Sequence record: NC_017972.1
DNA length: 64,000 bases
Strand: one strand, 5' to 3'
The translations under genes were made by a program, and so were the position numbers. Shown one piece after another: positions 8,841 through 17,844 of this stretch (its first letter is position 1; each line of letters starts with the position of its first letter). The notes under the pieces are model-generated. The model did no database searches. It saw nothing but the letters and a program-made list of their open reading frames with translations, and was not told the DNA's origin.

Positions 8841-9643
8841 TTCAATTCTCCTTCAAGAATCCTGCGATCTGCGTCCGAAACTTTGGAACGCAAGTTGATC
8901 ATTGTATAGGTAAAACTACGCTGTTCATCTTGCAGCAATTTATTCAGATACGAATCATCGGAGGTCATGTTGGCCTTGCCTTCGATTTCCCGCATAGAGC
9001 GCACGCCATACTTGAACATAAACGGGATAAAATTCTGCCAGCCGCCGGTGGAAAGAATACGGGATTCGTAAACGCGAACCGTCCGAACATCGTTATCGAA
9101 ATTCAGGGCGCGCAGAGTGTCCAGCGCCTGCTCATGTGTCATGCAAAGATCGGAAACTTCGCCGCCCGGTGTAAATACCGTGAACTTAACGCCCGACGTA
9201 AAGTCACGCTTTAGTTTTACGTTCATCAGCAATTTGCCTTGCAGCTGGAAAGTCCAGCAGGCCGACAAATGGTTGTAAAACAATTTGGTGCGGATGCCAA
9301 GATTGGCGCTAGCTGCTCTGAGGTTCTCGCAAAACTCTTCGGCGCGACTTACGATGTTTTCTGCGTGGTAAACCCGTTCGTCAATGTACGAAATGATTTC
9401 AGCAAGCGTCGGCTGTTGCACGGTCATGCCGCGATAGGCGATGTACTTACTGCCAATGGCAAACCCGTTAATGGCGGTGTTGCTTTTAGGCCCAACGAAT
9501 TGCAGGCGAACGGACAGCGGCAAGCGCTTGTGCCCGTAGTCAGAGAATGAGGCCCAGTTAGAAATAGAAAAGTTTTTCGATTTCAGGTAGGCCTTGAGGC
9601 GTTTGGTTTCGTCAGTGGTCAAAGGCGCGAAGATCATTTGCAC
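8837..9643 (-). CDS. hypothetical protein, tandem paralogue of 8004..8840
   Basis: FIPFMFKYGVRSMR versus YFSFLFRYGLTSIR. Confidence 0.78.
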   Translation of the reverse strand: MQMIFAPLTTDETKRLKAYLKSKNFSISNWASFSDYGHKRLPLSVRLQFVGPKSNTAINGFAIGSKYIAYRGMTVQQPTLAEIISYIDERVYHAENIVSRAEEFCENLRAASANLGIRTKLFYNHLSACWTFQLQGKLLMNVKLKRDFTSGVKFTVFTPGGEVSDLCMTHEQALDTLRALNFDNDVRTVRVYESRILSTGGWQNFIPFMFKYGVRSMREIEGKANMTSDDSYLNKLLQDEQRSFTYTMINLRSKVSDADRRILEGELK

Positions 9644-10296
9644 ATATCCGCGTAGGTGACGACGGCAGCGTTCTTACCGTTGTCGGTGAAAATTGAGTAA
9701 GATTTTGCGGGCGCCAGCGGGTAGCGGCCCGGCTCACCGTCGCTGATATTCAGCTTCTGGTGCGTACCGTCCGCGTTATGCGCAAGAATCGAAGAGGCAC
9801 TGCTAGGCATTTCGATAAAGGTTTTTTCTTCGACAGTTCGCATGTCGTAGAATTTCCAATTGAACACGATGTAGTAGCGATACGAATAATCGCGAGTGCC
9901 TTTCATCGTGCGGTCGCCTACCTTGAAAACACAGGTAGCCGTGTGCGAGCCGTATTTGTCCCACGCTTGCACGTATTGATCGCGATTATTCCACGCGATA
10001 GCCGCAAGGATGGTCAGCACGCCAGCAATGGCCGACAGCCAACCCACAACCTTCAAGGTTTTAACCAACCAACGAGGCGCCTGCATTTCCTTATCGGATT
10101 CAACCTGCTTTTTCTTCGTCCGGCGAATTTTCCCCAGCATCGATTCCTTGGCCGCTTTGGATTCGGCATCACGTTGGAGAATTTCCGCTTCTTTTTCAGC
10201 GGCGGCGCGAGCATCCGCGTCCAACTGTTGGGCGATTTGTTCGCCAAGGCTTACTTCGCAGATTTCCGGGGCTTGGGATTCGTTAGCGTGTTGCAT
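9634..10296 (-). CDS. membrane-anchored hypothetical protein
   Basis: Charged coiled N-terminus, single TM (VVGWLSAIAGVLTILAAIAW), beta-rich C-terminus. Confidence 0.75.
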   Translation of the reverse strand: MQHANESQAPEICEVSLGEQIAQQLDADARAAAEKEAEILQRDAESKAAKESMLGKIRRTKKKQVESDKEMQAPRWLVKTLKVVGWLSAIAGVLTILAAIAWNNRDQYVQAWDKYGSHTATCVFKVGDRTMKGTRDYSYRYYIVFNWKFYDMRTVEEKTFIEMPSSASSILAHNADGTHQKLNISDGEPGRYPLAPAKSYSIFTDNGKNAAVVTYADMCK

Positions 10297-10327
10297 TGTG
10301 ATTCCTTATCTAGCTTTCGTGGTTGGA

Positions 10328-10852
10328 TCAGAGGTATTTGTTAGCAAAGAACTCGATTCGATCTTTGTGCATCAGGAGCAAAAACGTGTTGTGTGTCCAA
10401 ACCAAATCCGTGCCCATGAATACTTGGGTATCATCGCACACGAATTGACAACGGCTTTGTGCGCGCACGTCCTCGGCCTTTTCCCATTCCATGACCATTT
10501 TTACGCGGGTTAAATTTACCATGACGTTTGCATACGCCACCTGATAAACGTTGGCCTCGCCTCGGGGAATGTAGTTGTAGAGGATCGCCCTACTGGTGCC
10601 CTCTACCCAAAACAAATTCGCGGGCCTTTCCAGAAAATGCTTTTGTGGAAGCCAGCCCTGTTTTTCAATCACGATTCGCTTGCGTAGCTTAGCCACATAT
10701 TCCCGCAAACCGGTGTCACGACCGTAGGCAGCGCCTTCGGCTAATTGCTTGAGCACCATGTAAGCATTTCGCATGGCATTCCGTTTTTCCGCAAGGGCAT
10801 CACGCGTCTGCTTCGACAGCTTGACCTTGGGCGACTCGGAAGTATTTTGCAT
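10328..10852 (-). CDS. hypothetical protein (174 aa)
   Basis: ORF track. Confidence 0.72.
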   Translation of the reverse strand: MQNTSESPKVKLSKQTRDALAEKRNAMRNAYMVLKQLAEGAAYGRDTGLREYVAKLRKRIVIEKQGWLPQKHFLERPANLFWVEGTSRAILYNYIPRGEANVYQVAYANVMVNLTRVKMVMEWEKAEDVRAQSRCQFVCDDTQVFMGTDLVWTHNTFLLLMHKDRIEFFANKYL

Positions 10853-10869
10853 CGGACTTTTCCTTGTAC

Positions 10870-11259
10870 CTAAACCTTACGACCTAGCGTCGTTGGGTCA
10901 GTTTCATCAGTCACGTATTGATAGCCGCCTTTGTTATACAAAGGCGCTACCCGTTTTTTCTTTTTCTCGATTTCTACTTGTGCTGCGGCTTCGCGTTCTT
11001 GCCAGCCATCATACTGCAAAATTTCGTCACGGGAAATCTTGTTGTCGGAGGCCCGTGCTGGCGCCTCAGTAATCAACTTAACATCCAGATGCTTTGCGTT
11101 TTTGCTCACGTCTAAAGTGCTAGACGCTTTCGCCTTTCTTTTCTCTTTGGGCAGAGAACCATCCGGGTTCCGGCCAAGCTGTTTTGCAAGCTTAGCCTTC
11201 TCCGCTGCTTCTTTCTGCTCACGCTGCTTTCGTTGTTGTAACTGCTTGCGTGTAAGCAC
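10870..11259 (-). CDS. basic hypothetical protein with C-terminal APLYNKGGYQY motif
   Basis: Lys/Arg-rich; C-terminal motif resembles ones I recall from myophage hypothetical proteins (unverified). Confidence 0.72.
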   Translation of the reverse strand: MLTRKQLQQRKQREQKEAAEKAKLAKQLGRNPDGSLPKEKRKAKASSTLDVSKNAKHLDVKLITEAPARASDNKISRDEILQYDGWQEREAAAQVEIEKKKKRVAPLYNKGGYQYVTDETDPTTLGRKV

Positions 11260-11269
11260 GGCAAAATCC

Positions 11270-11584
11270 TTATTCGGATTGTTGGATCAGTTGGCGTTCC
11301 TCGGTGGAAAGCTTTTCAGCGATTTCTTCCAGCGGATGCGCGCCAGTTTCTTCGGCTTCGATGTGGTCGGCCATACGTAGCAGGATTTCGTCTTTCAGGC
11401 CCCGGCTGCCGTACTCGACGCCGCCGATGGTTTGTGTGTGCTGGCAGGAAATAAACATGCTCTGCACAACGCCCACGCCAGCGGCTTTGATCGGCCACGG
11501 GAATTGCACTTGATCAAGATCGACCGCGTGCCCGAAAATCATTGGTACTTCTTTGCCATCGATTTCAACAACTACGTATTTCAT
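11270..11584 (-). CDS. degenerate Janus/PHPT1-like protein (copy 2)
   Basis: MKYVV...MIF...IKAAG.G...C...SRG..DE pattern; the putative catalytic His is not aligned. Confidence 0.5.
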   Translation of the reverse strand: MKYVVVEIDGKEVPMIFGHAVDLDQVQFPWPIKAAGVGVVQSMFISCQHTQTIGGVEYGSRGLKDEILLRMADHIEAEETGAHPLEEIAEKLSTEERQLIQQSE

Positions 11585-11823
11585 CAGTGCTTGCTCCCCG
11601 AGACTACATGCTCGAACATGTCCACGATTTCATCGTAGGAAATTTGAACTTCGTTGCGCTCAATGGTGAACGCGGTTTCTGTTGCGGTTGCCACGATTTC
11701 AAACGAACCGGACAGCTCACGCGGCACAGCAACTACGTAGTAATCGCCGTGCTTCTGAATGTCGGTTGCCCTTACGCCCGCAAAGTCGGACATGGAATGT
11801 GAAGCGTATATACGAGTGACCAT
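11584..11823 (-). CDS. hypothetical protein (79 aa)
   Basis: ORF track 11584..11877; GGAG precedes ATG 11823. Confidence 0.65.
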   Translation of the reverse strand: MVTRIYASHSMSDFAGVRATDIQKHGDYYVVAVPRELSGSFEIVATATETAFTIERNEVQISYDEIVDMFEHVVSGSKH

Positions 11824-11938
11824 TTCAATTTCTCCAAAGACATAATTTTCCCTCGACTCCCTTAAAGGCGGTCCCAAAGACTGAACAGCCTATCCATTTC
11901 GCCAGCTGGCGTTGCCATTTTTCTTGTCGGTGTTGCTG

Positions 11939-12142
11939 TTACAGCTCCCGCTCCCACGTTGCTTTTAGGCGAGTGGACTGGGGGAATGCGATTAGCAGTC
12001 TCCGGCTTTGTTCCGATGTGAATTGCCGGGCGCGTAACCTGCTTTTGCATAAATAAGCTCGTTTTAAATCAAAGTTGTAGATATAGTCGCCCGTAGACAA
12101 CCTCACTACATATTTACAGTTTTCATCGACTGGCGTAGCCAT
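11939..12142 (-). CDS. hypothetical protein (67 aa)
   Basis: ORF track. Confidence 0.6.
   Translation of the reverse strand: MATPVDENCKYVVRLSTGDYIYNFDLKRAYLCKSRLRARQFTSEQSRRLLIAFPQSTRLKATWEREL
12111..12121 (-). promoter_or_regulatory. AACTGTAAATA motif copy 5 (intragenic)
   Basis: Exact copy within the 5' end of 11939..12142. Confidence 0.35.
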
Positions 12143-12147
12143 GACCT

Positions 12148-12813
12148 TTACTCCCGTGCAAGCGTCTCCATGACGGCAATACGGGCGTCCAGCGTGGCGT
12201 TCCAGATAAAGCGTCCGGCATCAGTGAACAACTCGCTGCTTTCCATGAATGCAATTTGCGATTTGAGCAGGGACCGAGGGTCAAGGCCCAGCTCAGCGCA
12301 AAGATTATTCATGACATATTCTGTGCCGCGTGGTTCCAGCGATTCCATAATGTCGGCATCGCGCAGCGCCATTTGCACAATGTCTACTGGTGGCACAGGG
12401 AAGCGGCCTTCGTGGAATTCCGTGCAGCGAATGCACGACTCAATGTAGGCAATTGCGTCCGGTTTGAAATACGCTTTCACGCAGTCAGCGGCACGCAAAC
12501 CTGCAATGGCAATTTCAATGTTATGCGAATCGGGCGGCATACCGGTGTGGCCGAAATCATGGAACATCGCAGCCACCAACAAATGCGCATAATCGGTACG
12601 CAAACGCCAGCCAGTTGCCGACAGCAATTCATAGCCGCGCAACGCCACGCGCAGGCAGTGATCGGTGTTGTGGTACGGCTGGTTTGTGTCGAAGTGCGGT
12701 TGCCGAACGTAGTCATAAATTTCGTTCAAGCGGTAGCGGTCGATGATCGCGCCCAGCATTGCCGTGCGGTAATCGGTGGCGAGATTCAGCTGCACATTTG
12801 GATCGATATTCAT
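12148..12813 (-). CDS. HD-domain phosphohydrolase with class I PDE-like motifs
   Basis: PYHNTDH...AAMFHDFGHTG...DADIM; start set at MNIDP. Confidence 0.85.
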   Translation of the reverse strand: MNIDPNVQLNLATDYRTAMLGAIIDRYRLNEIYDYVRQPHFDTNQPYHNTDHCLRVALRGYELLSATGWRLRTDYAHLLVAAMFHDFGHTGMPPDSHNIEIAIAGLRAADCVKAYFKPDAIAYIESCIRCTEFHEGRFPVPPVDIVQMALRDADIMESLEPRGTEYVMNNLCAELGLDPRSLLKSQIAFMESSELFTDAGRFIWNATLDARIAVMETLARE

Positions 12814-12814
12814 T

Positions 12815-13009
12815 TCACTTCCTCTGTTTTCTGATGACGGTGACGTTAAAGCGAAAACGAATTTCTTCGATGTACGAATTAAACAGCCCAATAGCTGCGC
12901 CACCTGCAATCAGAATGGCGCCAGCCGCATAGCCGCCGTTGAACGCACAGAACAGACCTGCAACCAACAGCATGAGGGTTATCAGGTTCCAGAAAGTTTC
13001 CCGTGTCAT
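12815..13009 (-). CDS. small two-TM membrane protein
   Basis: MTRETFWNLITLMLLVAGLFCAF...; start overlaps upstream stop. Confidence 0.65.
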   Translation of the reverse strand: MTRETFWNLITLMLLVAGLFCAFNGGYAAGAILIAGGAAIGLFNSYIEEIRFRFNVTVIRKQRK

Positions 13010-13533
13010 TTGTCGTGCTTTTCCTTGTAGGCCGCAATGTCGGCGTTGAATTTCTTTTTCCAATCGCGCACAACCTGCGAGCGGCACGGAACCTCACGCA
13101 CGATTTTCAGTTGCGGGCCAACCATACGGCGCAGACGACGAATAACCGAGTTAATGTCGCACGACCATTCGTAGTATTTGCCTTTCACGCGGCCTTGCAA
13201 CGCTTCGTCTTCGACCTCAAGGCAGTATTTATATTCGACTACAAACGCTTTGCCTTTTTGCCGTTCGTTCCACACGTAGTCTTCGGCAGTTTCGTTGTGA
13301 TGAACAGCAGTACCGACACAAGGCGAACTGTAGCAGGTGCGCCCACGGTAATACTCGCGCATATCCGTTTCCAGAATACGCAGCGTTGATTTAGCACCAC
13401 GGAACAGCTTGCGGTACTTCGGCATAATCTGAATGTGGTTGCGTTTCCACTTGCGCATGATCCAGCCGCCACCGTAGACCGGGCAGTTTGGATATTCGTC
13501 AGAAAACTCACAAATCTTTTCAATCGCAGCCAC
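13006..13533 (-). CDS. hypothetical protein (175 aa)
   Basis: ORF track. Confidence 0.72.
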   Translation of the reverse strand: MAAIEKICEFSDEYPNCPVYGGGWIMRKWKRNHIQIMPKYRKLFRGAKSTLRILETDMREYYRGRTCYSSPCVGTAVHHNETAEDYVWNERQKGKAFVVEYKYCLEVEDEALQGRVKGKYYEWSCDINSVIRRLRRMVGPQLKIVREVPCRSQVVRDWKKKFNADIAAYKEKHDK

Positions 13534-13589
13534 AATCGTTTCCTTTTTCTTCTACGTCTTCGTCTCTACGGTTTGCCATGGGGCCTAGT

Positions 13590-14564
13590 TTAGCGGGCTT
13601 CTTTTTTGGATTGTTCATACTCAGCCCCAACCGTTTCCAGATAAAGCGCCAGACGTTTTGCATCGCACGGGCCTTGGCGTTTCGCCTGCTTCACCACACG
13701 CCGCACAGCCGCTTCGTGTTTGTGCTTTTTGCGTTCCTTTTCGTACAGCGCCGGAACGTCTTTGTAGAACAGCCGGTCGATGCGTGTAGGGAAGTGCGAG
13801 TAGGAATCCCACAAAACCGTTTTGCCAATGCCCGGTTCGATTTCCATTTCCACTACAGGCGGTGGATTACCGAGATATTTATGAAAACGTTCCAGCGCAT
13901 CTGCGGTAATGTCCGCTTCCAGCCCAGCCAACGGGTCCGGGTCTTCCAAGCAAATATGCGCAATATCTTTGCCTTCGCGCTTCAAACGTTCCAGCACTTG
14001 CTTGTAGAAATAACCAGAGAAACGCGCAGGTGTGCCGAACACCGGAATGACGCCAACCGGAAACCCACCAGTCAGCATACGATTATTCTCGATGATTTCG
14101 CTTACCAGTTTATCGGCACCACAGGTTAAAATGGGCATACGCGGTTTATTCGCTGCATTTTCTGCCAGCTTTGCCATTACATTCGACGCGCCGTGGCTGG
14201 TGTCCGCCATTTTCACAACCAACCCACCAGCACGGACAGCCTGTTCGGCACGGGCACCGTAACGCATACCGAAAAGCGCACTGCGCATTTCACGACGTTC
14301 TGCTTCGGCACCTTCAAAAAACTTTGCAGCATTTTCTTCGTGCATCAGGAACTCCGACAGGAACGTTTGGATTGGGGAATTTTTGGTTTGCTTCGGGATT
14401 TGATCGACGGAAAACGGCGACATTTTCCAGCGACCATGTGCGCGGTTCTGGTAGTCTACAGCGGTGTTGTGGAACGCGCTGTGATCCTCGGGGCCACACA
14501 CGAACAGGTCACGCACGCGGCGCCAGCCAAGACTATCAACGAGTTTTTGGATCGATGGAGACAC
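13590..14564 (-). CDS. hypothetical protein (324 aa)
   Basis: ORF track; no intact motif. Confidence 0.75.
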   Translation of the reverse strand: MSPSIQKLVDSLGWRRVRDLFVCGPEDHSAFHNTAVDYQNRAHGRWKMSPFSVDQIPKQTKNSPIQTFLSEFLMHEENAAKFFEGAEAERREMRSALFGMRYGARAEQAVRAGGLVVKMADTSHGASNVMAKLAENAANKPRMPILTCGADKLVSEIIENNRMLTGGFPVGVIPVFGTPARFSGYFYKQVLERLKREGKDIAHICLEDPDPLAGLEADITADALERFHKYLGNPPPVVEMEIEPGIGKTVLWDSYSHFPTRIDRLFYKDVPALYEKERKKHKHEAAVRRVVKQAKRQGPCDAKRLALYLETVGAEYEQSKKEAR

Positions 14565-14805
14565 AGTTAATTCCTTTCTCTTCCTTCATTACTTTTGCAA
14601 GGTGATCGGCCACAACTTGCTTACCGGTTTTCTGCTTTTGCTGCATCACTTGGCGCACAGCAGATTGCAGAATATTGCTGCGCTTTTTCATTGGCACCGT
14701 TTTGTAACGCTCGGCCAGTTCAGCCAGTACGGTTTGTGCGTTAGCGCCCGCTGCAATACGCTCAGCCATGAATTGCATGGCGTCCTGCTCCATCGACTTA
14801 ATCAC
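14536..14805 (-). CDS. hypothetical protein (89 aa)
   Basis: ORF track. Confidence 0.65.
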   Translation of the reverse strand: MIKSMEQDAMQFMAERIAAGANAQTVLAELAERYKTVPMKKRSNILQSAVRQVMQQKQKTGKQVVADHLAKVMKEEKGINCVSIDPKTR

Positions 14806-15262
14806 GGTTGCGATTCTCTGCGATGGTTTGTTGGCCTTCGACGTAGGCGAATGCGTATTGGATGTTTTTGCGCATCTTGGAAACCGCCATGCGGAATGTG
14901 TCTTTGCTCAATTTCAGCAGCACGGAATCGCGTGGCGTTTCCGCTGCGTTTTCCGGCAGAACAAAATAGGTTTTGATCAGCGGCATTGCAGTGTCATTGC
15001 TTTTGATCAGGGACACCGCTCCCGTTGCTGGCGCAGTTTCAATCGCTTTCTTGATGTGGCGCTCTACCAACATCACAGAAACTTCCAGCATTTCGTCCAG
15101 CGATTCCGCAACCACGCGCTCGCCTTCCACTTCCATCAGAAACAGCGAATTATCGGTGTTGAAATCGTGGTGATACGAACGGCCCATGCCGTTGAAAATT
15201 GCACAGGCAGAATCGCCAATGCTGTTGAGCAGTTCGATTTTGTAAGCGGTGGAATTGTTCAC
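14798..15262 (-). CDS. hypothetical protein
   Basis: GTG start at 15262 overlaps the upstream TGA. Confidence 0.68.
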   Translation of the reverse strand: MNNSTAYKIELLNSIGDSACAIFNGMGRSYHHDFNTDNSLFLMEVEGERVVAESLDEMLEVSVMLVERHIKKAIETAPATGAVSLIKSNDTAMPLIKTYFVLPENAAETPRDSVLLKLSKDTFRMAVSKMRKNIQYAFAYVEGQQTIAENRNRD

Positions 15263-15429
15263 GCAAAAGCCCTCAGTACGAAAGTGATAACATCGCCGCA
15301 ATTCATGATGCCGATAACGTGGAACGCGAAACGCCACGGCCCGTCAGGTCCGTTCGGATGTTCCTCGCTTGGGCGCAGCTGCCACAGGCACAAACCGACC
15401 ATCAGTAAACTCAAAAACAGATTCGTCAT
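15259..15429 (-). CDS. small hydrophobic protein (56 aa)
   Basis: MTNLFLSLLMVGLCLW...; start overlaps NADAR stop. Confidence 0.55.
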   Translation of the reverse strand: MTNLFLSLLMVGLCLWQLRPSEEHPNGPDGPWRFAFHVIGIMNCGDVITFVLRAFA

Positions 15430-15953
15430 TCCACCAGTTCCGCCAGCCGCATCATCGTGTGTTCTTTGCAGACTTTCCACACGTCTACGCCTTTCATAGA
15501 ATCGCGGAATTCCATAAGCAGAACGCCCATCATATCCGCGCCCTTGCCTGCATCGTTCACGCCCCAGCCGCCTTTATCCCACTGCGCTAAATGGGACAGC
15601 TTTGTTTTGCCGGTTGCCAGCAGCGCCAGCAGACGCAGCGGGTTTTGCATATACGATTCTTTGATCATTCGACGCATCGTGTCGATACGTTTTACGTCGT
15701 GATCTTTGCGCTGTTTTCCCTTCGCTTTGTCTGAGCCATAATACTTGGCTTTGTACGGGTCGAAGGCGTTGAGGATTTTGCGGCGCAGTTCCTCTTCTGA
15801 CTTCGCCAGTTTGAAATACTGGTAGCCGTGCTCAATCGATTTGAACGTGAGCTTTTTGTAGATGAACGGCGCAGGCCACAGCGCGCTAAAGACTTCGTTC
15901 TGGTACGAATTGAACTGAATTACTTCAACGCTTTTTCTTGGACTTTTTGCCAC
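15426..15953 (-). CDS. NADAR family protein (YbiA/DUF1768-like)
   Basis: FKSIEHGYQYFK, PYKAKYYG, NP...LLATG, WD..GWG...GKGADMMGVLLMEFRD. Confidence 0.9.
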   Translation of the reverse strand: MAKSPRKSVEVIQFNSYQNEVFSALWPAPFIYKKLTFKSIEHGYQYFKLAKSEEELRRKILNAFDPYKAKYYGSDKAKGKQRKDHDVKRIDTMRRMIKESYMQNPLRLLALLATGKTKLSHLAQWDKGGWGVNDAGKGADMMGVLLMEFRDSMKGVDVWKVCKEHTMMRLAELVE

Positions 15954-16092
15954 TAGGTTCTCCCTTAATCACGCTTTCAATTGCAGCGGATACGCTTGGG
16001 CTAAGTTTTACCAGCACAGGGCGCTTGCGCTTGCCCTGCTCGTCCAGTTCCCACACGGTTGTCCAGAGGCCTTGCGAATTAGGCACGATCAT
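15925..16092 (-). CDS. small basic protein (55 aa, MIVPNSQGLWTTVWELDEQG...)
   Basis: Manual translation filling a gap; ends KKSKKKR. Confidence 0.55.
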   Translation of the reverse strand: MIVPNSQGLWTTVWELDEQGKRKRPVLVKLSPSVSAAIESVIKGEPSGKKSKKKR

Positions 16093-16297
16093 AAATTTCC
16101 AGCAGCACGAAATCGGCGTTGGAGTAATTCTTTTTCAGCGCTTCATCCAACGCTTCAAGTGCGTCGGCTTTTTCGCTGTAGTCGTTGGTCAAATCCAAAT
16201 CGCGATTCGGCGTCATCATCACCGTTTCTTGTTTGGTGTAGTTTTCGTCCCAACGCCAATCCAGTTGGCGCCATTCGTAACGAACTTTAATTGCCAT
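16079..16297 (-). CDS. hypothetical protein (72 aa)
   Basis: ORF track, start moved to MAIKVRY. Confidence 0.65.
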   Translation of the reverse strand: MAIKVRYEWRQLDWRWDENYTKQETVMMTPNRDLDLTNDYSEKADALEALDEALKKNYSNADFVLLEIYDRA

Positions 16298-16357
16298 TTT
16301 ACTTGTACCCTCGGTTGAATTGAGCGAGTGCCGAAACACCCGCCCAATTTTTACGGT

Positions 16358-16921
16358 TTAATCGCAGCCACCGCCACCGCCAGAATCACCGGAGCTGCCG
16401 GAATCACCACCACCGCCCCAGCCGCCAGAATCACGCGAAGGCGTATCGTAGGAATCCGACCGCGACGGACTGCACGAAGGCGCAGGCGTAGAGCGAACAG
16501 CAATTGGATCATCTGCAATAAGAGCAGGGTTAATGTGATAATCCCCGCTGTCATCACGACGGTCAGTGCGGCGACGAACTTCACCGGATTCAACACGCGC
16601 ACCCATGCTTACAGGCAATTGCTTTTCTGGATATTGCGCACGGAGCGGTTCCCGCCGCCCCATATTTTCCCGGTCCAGTTTTTCTTGCTTGTCGCGTTCT
16701 TTCCGCGCCATTTCCGCGTCGTAGAAATCCAGCGTAGGTTTCAACGCGGATTCAACACGCTGCAATTGGAGGCTCAGCTTCTGGCACAAAGACTCTTGCG
16801 CCTTTGCTTTAGCGGCCATAACAGCCGTATTGTCGTTAACGCGAACCAGCTCGTTAAACAGCAACTTGTATTTGCGGCGACCGAACAAAAAGTCGTACCA
16901 GCGCAATGGCAATTGACGCAT
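16358..16921 (-). CDS. hypothetical protein with Gly/Ser/Asp-rich C-terminal tail
   Basis: Ends DSGGWGGGGDSGSSGDSGGGGGCD. Confidence 0.72.
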   Translation of the reverse strand: MRQLPLRWYDFLFGRRKYKLLFNELVRVNDNTAVMAAKAKAQESLCQKLSLQLQRVESALKPTLDFYDAEMARKERDKQEKLDRENMGRREPLRAQYPEKQLPVSMGARVESGEVRRRTDRRDDSGDYHINPALIADDPIAVRSTPAPSCSPSRSDSYDTPSRDSGGWGGGGDSGSSGDSGGGGGCD

Positions 16922-16933
16922 GAAAAATCCCTT

Positions 16934-17785
16934 TTAGTAGTAGAGGGCTTGCAGCAGGTCGTCGTGCGAAACACCTTCGGAAGTGCTCAGGTGCTCAGCG
17001 AAGATTTTCGACCAGTTTTCAAACGTGACGTGCGGGTAAGCATCATGCAGCGCGGTAACGCGAACCGGATCAATGAAATCCAGATGTTTTTCGCGGTTGC
17101 CGATAGTGACGCCCGGTTTCAGTTTCATGCGCCACGCGAACGCCAGATGCAGACGGCCAACGTTGTCGCTGTTGTCGAAAATCAAACCTTCAAAATGCAC
17201 GGAGGCCATGCGGGCCAGATCATGCGCGGTGCCGATCAGAATTTCTTTATCGGTGCCTTCGTTGAGATAGGCCTCGAATTTCAGACCGTCAATGTAGAAG
17301 GACATTTCCTCGAAAGCTTCGCGATAAATGTTATTGATCGCGGTAGCAATTGGGTCGATGATCGAAGTCGGACGGCCTTGAGCGTCGATAACTTTTTCGA
17401 TATCAACCAAATCGCAGTGACCGCCCGGAGCAATGGAGCCACGGCCTTTCAGATCGGATTCACCGGAGCCTTCACGCGAACGCATGTACGGGTAGATTTC
17501 ACCGTCTGCATTTTCGACTACGAAATAGTTGAGCCACTGCGCATAATCGCGGTTGCCTTTGAACGATTCGCCCCAGTTGAAAGCTTCGTCCAAATCTTGG
17601 CGCTGGCCGATAACCAGCGCGTGCTGCACGTAGCGCACCAGACGCATGAAATCTACGTACAGGAAACCGGACGGATTAGGCGAACCCATTGCGGTGAAAG
17701 CATCACGCAGCGCGGTACGGCGGATAGCCAGAATCGACTCAGGATATTTGACTTCGGCAGGTTCAAACTTGAATGGCTTGTACAC
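16934..17785 (-). CDS. Nudix-family phosphoesterase (COG4112-like)
   Basis: Y.R..EGSGESDLKGRGSIAPGGHCD...REAFEEM. Confidence 0.75.
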   Translation of the reverse strand: MYKPFKFEPAEVKYPESILAIRRTALRDAFTAMGSPNPSGFLYVDFMRLVRYVQHALVIGQRQDLDEAFNWGESFKGNRDYAQWLNYFVVENADGEIYPYMRSREGSGESDLKGRGSIAPGGHCDLVDIEKVIDAQGRPTSIIDPIATAINNIYREAFEEMSFYIDGLKFEAYLNEGTDKEILIGTAHDLARMASVHFEGLIFDNSDNVGRLHLAFAWRMKLKPGVTIGNREKHLDFIDPVRVTALHDAYPHVTFENWSKIFAEHLSTSEGVSHDDLLQALYY

Positions 17786-17832
17786 GTTTACTTCCTTTCA
17801 ATGTAGAGGCACACCATTGCACCTCTACTTCC

Positions 17833-17843
17833 TATTTACAGTT
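17833..17843 (-). promoter_or_regulatory. AACTGTAAATA motif copy 6
   Basis: Exact intergenic copy right after the stop of 17845 gene, 48 nt upstream of ATG 17785. Confidence 0.62.
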
Positions 17844-17844
17844 T

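Noticed and set aside
13820-13850. Walker A-like PGIGKT in the 324-aa protein
   Set aside because: The first Gly of GxxxxGKT is missing, there is no Walker B context, and it lies near the C-terminus
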